Assembly (NCBI GenBank): GCA_902532645.1
Contig: CACAIU010000001.1
Span: 1,989 to 65,988, forward strand
Direction: 5' to 3'
DNA: 64,000 nucleotides
Source: an uncultured Pelagibacteraceae bacterium
GTDB taxonomy: Bacteria > Pseudomonadota > Alphaproteobacteria > Pelagibacterales > Pelagibacteraceae
Position numbers and translations under genes: made by a program. This document shows positions 11,852-18,550 of the stretch, piece after piece (position 1 is the stretch's first letter; each line of letters opens with the position of its first letter). The notes beneath the pieces were generated by a model. The model did no database searches. It was given only the letters and a program-made list of their open reading frames with translations, and had not been told where the DNA came from.

Positions 11852-12542
11852 CGATAATTTTTAATTTTTTATCTATAAAAATTTTTTTAGAACTTATATC
11901 ACATCTATAAGCTAAAAAATTTACACCAGCTTTTTTAGCTATTAAATAATTCTTATAATATTCATTATCTATATCTTTAGCTATTTTAAAATATTTCATA
12001 TTTTGAATTTGAACTAAAAATATTAAGTAAGTTTTATAACTTTTTTTTATGGCATCAATAAGGGTTAATAAATGCTTAGTTCCTCTTGCTGTTGGTGCAT
12101 CTGGAAATTCAGCAGTATCTTTATTTCTGAATAAAGTAACATTTTTAACTTCAATAAACATTTTTTGACCCTTTTTCTCTAATAAAAAATCAAATCTTGT
12201 TTCTTTGTTAAAAAAAACCTCTGGTTTTATAATATCATTATTCTTGAGCTCATTAACTAAATTATTTTTGAGACCATGCTCAACTATTCTATTGGCCATG
12301 TGGGTATTCACTCCAACTAAATTTTTTCTAGATTTAATAATTTCCAATCCATATTTTAGCTTTCGTTTTGGATTATTATTAGGAAGTAAATAAACTTCAT
12401 TTCCTTCATCTAACAAGCCTTTCATTGATCCTGTATTAGGACAGTGAGCTGTGACAATTTCCTTACCTAGTTTTACATCAGTAAAAAATCTTTTATAGCG
12501 CTTGATTAGTTTGCCTTTTATTAAAGACTTGGTAAATTCCAT
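11844..12542 (-). CDS. sfsA: SfsA DNA/RNA nuclease family protein
   Basis: KRYKRF, AHCPNTGSM, RFDFLL, EVKNVT, FPDAPTARGTKHL. Confidence 0.93.
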   Translation of the reverse strand: MEFTKSLIKGKLIKRYKRFFTDVKLGKEIVTAHCPNTGSMKGLLDEGNEVYLLPNNNPKRKLKYGLEIIKSRKNLVGVNTHMANRIVEHGLKNNLVNELKNNDIIKPEVFFNKETRFDFLLEKKGQKMFIEVKNVTLFRNKDTAEFPDAPTARGTKHLLTLIDAIKKSYKTYLIFLVQIQNMKYFKIAKDIDNEYYKNYLIAKKAGVNFLAYRCDISSKKIFIDKKLKIIDD

Positions 12543-12562
12543 TGCTAAAGTATATATTTCAT

Positions 12563-13312
12563 ATGAGTAAAAAAGTAAAAGTTAATGCATCGATATTAAT
12601 TATTGGTAATGAAATTTTGTCTGGTAGAACCCAAGATACAAATACCTCAACTTTAGCAATATGGTTAAATTCAATTGGAGTAAATGTTGCAGAAGTTAGA
12701 GTAATACCTGATGTTGAAGAAACTATTGTTGATACTTTAAATTTGCTAAGGTCAAAATATGATTATGTTTTTTCAACCGGTGGTATCGGACCTACTCATG
12801 ATGATATTACTGCTCAATCAGTATCAAAAGCTTTTGGAATAAAATATGAAGTTCACAAGGAAGCTTTTAAAATTTTAGAAAAATATTATCAACCAGGTGA
12901 ATTTAACGAAGGAAGACAAAAGATGGCGTGGATGCCAGAGGATGCAAAATTAATTTTAAATCCAACAAGTGGCGCACCAGGTTTCAATGTTGAAAACGTA
13001 TTTTCTTTACCTGGCGTTCCCTCTATTTTAAAATCTATGTTAGGTGGTTTAACAAATGAAATTGTTGGTGGAGAACCAATTAAAAGTTTTACCATAAGTT
13101 TAAAAACAGTCGAAAGTGAAATAGCAAATTCTTTAACAAAAGTTCAAAATGACAACAAGGATGTTGAAATTGGTAGTTATCCATTTTTTCATGCAGGAAA
13201 ATTAGGAGTCTCAATAGTAATAAGATCAGAAGATCAAAATAAAATTGATAATTGTAGTTCTCAAATTTTAAAATTTGTAAATGAGAAAAAAATTGAGGTA
13301 GTAGATAGATAA
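12563..13312 (+). CDS. CinA-like competence/damage-inducible protein (MoCF/molybdopterin-binding domain)
   Basis: IIGNEILSGRTQDTN, GGIGPTHDDIT, PGVP, IGSYP. ATG at 12563 preferred over TTG at 12542. Confidence 0.88.
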   Translation: MSKKVKVNASILIIGNEILSGRTQDTNTSTLAIWLNSIGVNVAEVRVIPDVEETIVDTLNLLRSKYDYVFSTGGIGPTHDDITAQSVSKAFGIKYEVHKEAFKILEKYYQPGEFNEGRQKMAWMPEDAKLILNPTSGAPGFNVENVFSLPGVPSILKSMLGGLTNEIVGGEPIKSFTISLKTVESEIANSLTKVQNDNKDVEIGSYPFFHAGKLGVSIVIRSEDQNKIDNCSSQILKFVNEKKIEVVDR

Positions 13313-13716
13313 TGCTGTATTTTGCTTATGGAAGTAATCTTCATCATTTTCAAATGAAGCGTAGATGTAAAGATAGTATCTTTTTAAAAAAAATAAATTT
13401 AAAAAATTTTAAATTAACTTTTAGAAGCAAGTATAGAGCTGCAGATATAGAGCCTAAAAGAAATTCTATTGTACCAGGTGCTTTATTTGAAATTTCAAAA
13501 AGTGATGAAAAAAAATTAGATGTATATGAGGATTTTCCAATTCTTTATAAAAAATATTATTTTCATTATTATGGAAAAAAAGTGATGACTTATACAATGG
13601 TAAAAAAATCACCATTTAAGTTTCCAACAGAAAGATATTTAAATATAGTTAAGAGAGGATATAGAGATTGTAAGTTAAACGAAAGATATCTTAAAAAAGG
13701 TTTAAAGGGGTCTTGA
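13312..13716 (+). CDS. Gamma-glutamylcyclotransferase (GGCT/AIG2-like) family protein
   Basis: YFAYGSNL N-terminal motif, LDVYE, P..RYL. Confidence 0.85.
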   Translation: MLYFAYGSNLHHFQMKRRCKDSIFLKKINLKNFKLTFRSKYRAADIEPKRNSIVPGALFEISKSDEKKLDVYEDFPILYKKYYFHYYGKKVMTYTMVKKSPFKFPTERYLNIVKRGYRDCKLNERYLKKGLKGS

Positions 13717-13741
13717 TTAAAAAAAATTTAATTATTAGCAT
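13713..13741 (+). promoter_or_regulatory. Putative original tRNA-Leu promoter, now upstream of the tRNA fragment
   Basis: TTGATT-17 bp-TAGCAT, 23 nt before the tRNA 5'-half copy. Confidence 0.6.
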
Positions 13742-13764
13742 AAATACCCATGAAAATAACTCAT

Positions 13765-13803
13765 GCCCTCGTGGTGAAATTGGTAGACACAAAGGACTTA
13801 AAA
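13765..13803 (+). repeat. attL-like 39-bp duplicate of the 5' half of tRNA-Leu(TAA)
   Basis: GCCCTCGTGGTGAAATTGGTAGACACAAAGGACTTAAAA is identical to 15302-15340. Identity stops exactly at the end of the anticodon loop. Confidence 0.95.
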
Positions 13804-13824
13804 AACATAGGGTAGAGTAAATTT

Positions 13825-13854
13825 ATAGTCTCACACAGTCTCATATAGTCTTAA
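13825..13854 (+). repeat. Triple tandem 10-bp repeat (ATAGTCTCAC/ACAGTCTCAT/ATAGTCTTAA)
   Basis: Seen directly, 21 bp inside the left att core. Confidence 0.8.
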
Positions 13855-13924
13855 ATCCCATTAAATTCTAAATTTTAAAAAAACTTTAATTATTTTTATT
13901 GCAATATGAATTATAAATTCTACC

Positions 13925-13962
13925 AAACTAGAAATTAACTAGAAACTAAAGAGATGAAATAA
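13925..13962 (+). repeat. 38-bp repeat copy 1 containing tandem AACTAGAAA x2 (11-bp period)
   Basis: AAACTAGAAATTAACTAGAAACTAAAGAGATGAAATAA, 32/38 identical to 15197-15234. Confidence 0.85.
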
Positions 13963-13975
13963 TATAATTTTAATA

Positions 13976-15143
13976 ATGAAAAAAATTTTGTTATTTATTT
14001 TTTTAATTTTACCAACGTTTGCCAACAGTTTTGACGAACACTATAGATTCGATCACTGGGCTTATGAAAGAATTATGTTTGGAAAAACTGAAAGTCGTGA
14101 AGAAGCAAAAAAACTTTTAGACAGTTATAAACTTAATAATCTTGAGGTAAGAGATACAAATAAACCTTATTTAGGAGCTATAATAGATGGTCATGCACAT
14201 CCTAGAAAATCCACCGGAAGAGCTTTAGATATAGGTACTGAGTATTTTATAGAAGATTTGCCAATGTTAACAAATAAGGCAAATGTTTTTATGTCTGTAA
14301 TTATGGGAACTCCAAATACTTACAAATCAGAAGATAATTGGAATTATTATTATGATTTTGCTGCAGAGCATCAGAATGTTTTAACTAATTGTCATTCCAA
14401 TTTTATTGGAATGTCAGCAAATAAAAAAAAATATAAGAACTCAGAAGTTAATAAAGAGTTTAAAGAAACTATTAAAAGATTTAAAAAAGGACAATGTTAT
14501 GGATTGGGAGAAGCTGGACTAGTTCACTATAATAAAAAAGAAAAAAAATCCCCCTTATGGTGGGTATCAACCGCAATTAGATTTAGATCTTAAGCACCCA
14601 ATTATTGATAAGGCGTTCGAATTTGTCAATGAACACCGTATGCCGATTAATTTACACCTGGAGCCTTTTCATGAAATAGATGGGATAGATAGATTAACAG
14701 AGTTTAAAAATTTTTATAAAAAAAAATGTGAAAAATACCCCAACGCAAAAATTGTGATAGCTCATACAGGAATGATGCCAACAAAAGACCTTGAAGAAAT
14801 TTTTGATTATTGTCCTAATACATATACTGACTGGAAAATAGCATTTCATTGGTCTTCTCTTTGGGGCTTTGAGGATTTGCATATCCCAAATGATTATAGA
14901 TTTAAATTACATGAGGTTTGGGCAAAATCGATGGAAAAATATTCCGATAGATATTTTTTTGGTTCTGATCATAAATTAGGTAAAAGCCCAGCACATGATG
15001 TTTTTGTTGAACACTATATGAAGCATGTTCGTTTGATGATTGGATCTTTAAGCCCAGATGTACAAGAAAAGATTGCATATAAAAATGCAGCTAAACTTTT
15101 TAAAATTAATCTTAATCAACCTTTAATTGTTGGCAAACAATAA
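13976..15143 (+). CDS. Secreted metal-dependent amidohydrolase (Amidohydro_2-like TIM barrel), with an apparent +1 frameshift near 14541-14554
   Basis: Signal peptide MKKILLFIFLILPTFA and motifs IIDGHAH, GLGEAG, NLHLE, IAHTG, FFGSD, KIAYKNAAKLF. Removing 1 nt from the A8 or C5 run fuses the two ORFs into about 388 aa. Confidence 0.8.
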
Positions 15144-15146
15144 AAA

Positions 15147-15194
15147 ATGAAAAAACTTTTTCGGATCGTGATACTGGGTTATCGGACTTTATAG
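15147..15194 (+). pseudogene. Truncated ORF encoding only the start of a signal peptide (MKKLFRIVILGYRTL*)
   Basis: ATG 3 nt after the amidohydrolase stop, MKK plus a hydrophobic stretch, ending right at the right-hand repeat. Confidence 0.45.
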
Positions 15195-15196
15195 GA

Positions 15197-15234
15197 TAAC
15201 TAGAAACAAACTAGAAACCAGAGAGATAAAATAA
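15197..15234 (+). repeat. 38-bp repeat copy 2 containing tandem AACTAGAAA x2
   Basis: TAACTAGAAACAAACTAGAAACCAGAGAGATAAAATAA, same orientation as copy 1. Confidence 0.85.
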
Positions 15235-15249
15235 AAAAATTTTATTTAT

Positions 15250-15278
15250 TAGACTTGTTGAATTATAAATATTAGCAT
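15250..15278 (+). promoter_or_regulatory. Islet-borne replacement promoter for tRNA-Leu
   Basis: TAGACT-17 bp-TAGCAT, 23 nt before the intact tRNA. The -10/leader region is homologous to 13733-13764. Confidence 0.6.
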
Positions 15279-15301
15279 AAAAACTCATGAAATTTACAAA
15301 T

Positions 15302-15387
15302 GCCCTCGTGGTGAAATTGGTAGACACAAAGGACTTAAAATCCTTGCCGCTTGCGGAGTGCCAGTTCGAGTCTGGCCGAGGGCACCA
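15302..15387 (+). tRNA. tRNA-Leu (TAA)
   Basis: Acceptor GCCCTCG/CGAGGGC, anticodon arm AAGGA-CTTAAAA-TCCTT, long variable arm, GTTCGAG T-loop, encoded CCA. Confidence 0.97.
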
Positions 15388-15393
15388 TTAGTT

Positions 15394-17124
15394 TCAATTA
15401 TTAATTATTTTTTTCAAATTATCATAAACTAAATTAAGAACTTCATCCCAGTTATCAAATTTTTTTTGTTTATAAATTTTCATATTTGTATATGGATCAA
15501 GATCATAAAATTTGCCCCATCTCCAATCAGGATAAAGTGATAATAAAGCCCAAGTTTCTTTTTTTATTGATCCTGAAAAATGCAAAAATGAAGTATCAGT
15601 AGTGATTAATAAATCTAATGTATTTATGAAAGAAGGAATATCCGATAAAAGTAGGTCTCCATAATTAATTATATTTGATTTATTAAAATAAGACTCATCC
15701 TCTTTTCTAATTTCGTTTTGAATAGAATAAAAATTTGCATTTAAATTTAAAATTTTATCAAACTTTGATAAGGAAATTGATCTGTAAGGTTCATTTGGAC
15801 CATTAATTGAGCCTGACCAGACTAAACCTATGTTTATCTTAGACTTATCGATTTTATTTCTAAAATATTCAGATTTTTGTGAATTTATTAAAATCAGGTT
15901 ATCATTATATTTATTTATCTCTCTAAAAAAAAATTTTGGGAGTGATCCTAATGGAATTTTATAATTATATTTATCAATGCTTAAATCATTTTTATTGCAT
16001 ATATTAATCTCATTAAGATCATTACTAAAAATTTCTTTTAATTTTTGATTTGGAATAAAATCAATATTTTTACAGTGTTTGGATAGTGGTAATAAATATT
16101 TGGAAAATTGTATGCAATCACCAATTCCCTGCTCATTGTAAACAAGTAATCTTTTTTTAGATAATTCTTCACCTTTCCATTTAGGAATTTCAGAATATAA
16201 ATTATTCATTGATGAAATTCTTAACTCATAATTTTTCCAACCACTTTCAAAATCACCATCATATAAATCTCGCATTCCTTTAAATCTGATTACATCTATA
16301 TTATTAGGATATAAATTTGTTATTTGATTAATAATTTTTTTGCCTTTTTCTATCTCACCTTTGGTAAAGTAAATTTTGCAAAGCATTATATATGCATTAG
16401 GATTGGGATTTTTTGCTGCAGTAATAATGTTATTTAATAAATCTATTGCCTCATTAAATCGTTTTTTTAAAATAAAAAAATCAGCTTTGTTGATTAAAAA
16501 TTCATAATAATTTTTATCAATCTCCTTTGCTTTATGTAATAATTCTTCAATTTTGATAAGATCTTTATTTTTTAATTCAGCTTTTATTAAATTATTAATT
16601 ATTATTTTATTATTTTTATCATTTTCTAATGCTAAAGAAAAAAATTGAATCGATTTGTCAATTTTATCAAGCTGCAAATAAACATTTCCTAAATTGTTAT
16701 AAATAAGCTTTTTATCTTTAAACCCAATTTTTAAAGCTTTATCATAAAAATTTATTGCTTGGGTGTATTCTCCACTAATCTCATAAGCATATCCTAATTT
16801 AAAATTTGATATAGAATTTTTTTTATCAAATTCATAAATTTTTTTAGATACCAATATTAAATTTTGATTATCTTTAATTATATTAAAAAGATGATATAGG
16901 TTGTTATAAGGATCTATAAATTTTTCATTTAATCTGATAGCTTTGAAAAAACTATCTTTTGCTAGATCAAATTTTTTTTGTTTTAAAAAAATAGCACCTA
17001 TAATATTTTTAATTATATGCTGATTTTTATTACCTTTGTATTCTTCACATAATTTTAAAGCTTCATTGAGCAAATTTTTATTAAATAGATCTACTACTTT
17101 CTTTAAATGTAAATTATTGTTCAT
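15394..17124 (-). CDS. TPR-repeat protein with C-terminal glycosyltransferase (GT9-like) domain
   Basis: Multiple TPRs (YNNLGNVY..., A..F..A), then EQGIGDCIQF, IGLVWSG, DLLITTDTSFLHFSG, PDWRW. Confidence 0.8.
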   Translation of the reverse strand: MNNNLHLKKVVDLFNKNLLNEALKLCEEYKGNKNQHIIKNIIGAIFLKQKKFDLAKDSFFKAIRLNEKFIDPYNNLYHLFNIIKDNQNLILVSKKIYEFDKKNSISNFKLGYAYEISGEYTQAINFYDKALKIGFKDKKLIYNNLGNVYLQLDKIDKSIQFFSLALENDKNNKIIINNLIKAELKNKDLIKIEELLHKAKEIDKNYYEFLINKADFFILKKRFNEAIDLLNNIITAAKNPNPNAYIMLCKIYFTKGEIEKGKKIINQITNLYPNNIDVIRFKGMRDLYDGDFESGWKNYELRISSMNNLYSEIPKWKGEELSKKRLLVYNEQGIGDCIQFSKYLLPLSKHCKNIDFIPNQKLKEIFSNDLNEINICNKNDLSIDKYNYKIPLGSLPKFFFREINKYNDNLILINSQKSEYFRNKIDKSKINIGLVWSGSINGPNEPYRSISLSKFDKILNLNANFYSIQNEIRKEDESYFNKSNIINYGDLLLSDIPSFINTLDLLITTDTSFLHFSGSIKKETWALLSLYPDWRWGKFYDLDPYTNMKIYKQKKFDNWDEVLNLVYDNLKKIINN

Positions 17125-17186
17125 TTTTAAATAATTAATATATAGATAATATTAACGTGTATAAAAATTAATTTTAAGTGAAACAG

Positions 17187-17957
17187 ATGTCAAATCCTCA
17201 AATTATTTTTGATAAAAATAATAAATCCTTAAAAATAAAGAAACTATTATCAAGCAAGCTTAATCATCATCAATTACGAAAAAAAAATTTGGTTATAGTT
17301 ATTGGTGGTGATGGTTTTATGCTTCAAACACTTAAAAAGAATAAGAATTCTAAAAAACATTTTTATGGAATTAATTCTGGAAATTATGGATTTCTTATGA
17401 ATAAATTTTCCTCAAAAGATATTATAAAAAATTTATCAAAAGCAAATCTAGTTTCAATTTCACCTCTAGAAATGGTTGTTAAGAATAAAAATAATCAAAT
17501 TAAAAGATCAATCGCAATCAATGAAGTTTCTGTGTTAAGACAAAGTAGACAAGCAGCCACTTTATCAATCAAACAAGGCTCAAGACAAATAATTAAAAGA
17601 TTAGTTTCAGATGGTGTATTAGTATCAACACCCGCTGGAAGCACAGCTTACAATCTTTCAGTTCATGGACCTATCTTAAGTCTTCATTCAAAAAAATTAT
17701 CAATATCACCAATAAGTGCATTTAGACCTAGAAGATGGAAGGGCAAAATAGTTAATGATAAAACTAAAATAGTTATAACCAACTTAAACCCAACTAAGCG
17801 ACCTATCAGTGCTGTTGCAGATAATTTAGAAGTAAGAAATGCTAAATCAATTTCAGTTAAAACTAATAATAAAATAAAGTTTAATCTCCTTTATGATAAA
17901 AATAGAAGTTTGCAAAAAAAGATTAAAATTGAACAAATAAGAAGAGAGACTAGTTAG
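17187..17957 (+). CDS. nadK: NAD kinase
   Basis: VIGGDGFML, GNYGFLMN, AINEVS, DGVLVSTPAGSTAYNLS. Confidence 0.95.
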   Translation: MSNPQIIFDKNNKSLKIKKLLSSKLNHHQLRKKNLVIVIGGDGFMLQTLKKNKNSKKHFYGINSGNYGFLMNKFSSKDIIKNLSKANLVSISPLEMVVKNKNNQIKRSIAINEVSVLRQSRQAATLSIKQGSRQIIKRLVSDGVLVSTPAGSTAYNLSVHGPILSLHSKKLSISPISAFRPRRWKGKIVNDKTKIVITNLNPTKRPISAVADNLEVRNAKSISVKTNNKIKFNLLYDKNRSLQKKIKIEQIRRETS

Positions 17958-17961
17958 ATAA

Positions 17962-18099
17962 ATGAAAAAAATTTATCCAATAATGTTAGTATTTATTATC
18001 TTGGTTGGAGGTTTTTGTGCATTTAAAATTATGTCTTTTCTTGGATGTTATGTTCGTATTGAAGATGCAAAAGAATGCTGGAAATTAATAGCTTGGTAG
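17962..18099 (+). CDS. 45-aa small membrane/exported protein (not in ORF track)
   Basis: MKKIYPIMLVFIILVGGFCAFKIMSFLGCYVRIEDAKECWKLIAW*, fitting exactly between nadK and the next ORF (gaps of 4 and 6 nt). Confidence 0.6.
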   Translation: MKKIYPIMLVFIILVGGFCAFKIMSFLGCYVRIEDAKECWKLIAW

Positions 18100-18105
18100 A
18101 AAATT

Positions 18106-18429
18106 ATGAAAAAAATTATAATATTTTTAATTATATCTTATTTTTGGGGAAACTACGTTTATGGTTTTTGTTATGCACCTTCAGCACCTTCAAATTGGGA
18201 TAGACCGACCAAACCAACAAAACCAATGGTTCCATTTTGCGTTAATGAATGGAATAATACTCATACATGTGATGACTGGACTATAAATAGCTATAACAAT
18301 GATGTTGAATATTATAATAGTCAGTTACAAAGTTATAGTTACGATGTTGATGATTATATAAGAAAATTACAATACTATGTTGATGAAGCACGTGATTATG
18401 CAAATTGTGAAATTAGAAACCTAAATTAA
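18106..18429 (+). CDS. Hypothetical secreted protein with 4 Cys, a Pro-rich segment and a Tyr-rich helix
   Basis: Signal peptide MKKIIIFLIISYFWGNYVYG, then C..APSAP..PTKPTKP..C..C..(Tyr-periodic helix)..CE. Confidence 0.75.
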   Translation: MKKIIIFLIISYFWGNYVYGFCYAPSAPSNWDRPTKPTKPMVPFCVNEWNNTHTCDDWTINSYNNDVEYYNSQLQSYSYDVDDYIRKLQYYVDEARDYANCEIRNLN

Positions 18430-18441
18430 TTAATTTAATGA

Positions 18442-18517
18442 TGGTGCCCCCGCACGGATTCGAACCGCGGACCTATTGATTACAAATCAATTGCTCTACC
18501 AGCTGAGCTACAAGGGC
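18442..18517 (-). tRNA. tRNA-Thr (TGT)
   Basis: Reverse complement GCCCTTGTAGCTCAGCTGGTAGAGCAATTGATTTGTAATCAATAGGTCCGCGGTTCGAATCCGTGCGGGGGCACCA. Confidence 0.97.
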
Positions 18518-18550
18518 ATGCGCAATAATTATTAACTATTTGTTAAATAA

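Larger units (their letters stand above)
13765..15340. mobile_element. Integrase-less genomic islet at tRNA-Leu(TAA), 1,537-bp repeat period
   Basis: Bounded by the 39-bp tRNA 5'-half direct repeat, with internal terminal repeats and one accessory gene. No recombinase is encoded. Confidence 0.8.

Noticed and set aside
13765-13850. Second functional tRNA-Leu or split/permuted tRNA
   Set aside because: The fragment lacks the 3' anticodon stem, T-arm and acceptor 3' strand. No separate matching 3' half exists other than in the intact gene.
13825-13962. Short repeats in the islet considered as a CRISPR array
   Set aside because: Units are 10-11 bp, contiguous, with no unique spacers and no cas genes.
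17940-18445. att duplication of the tRNA-Thr 3' end around the two small ORFs
   Set aside because: No copy of TGGTGCCCCCGCAC or similar was seen near the nadK end, so it is not called a mobile element.
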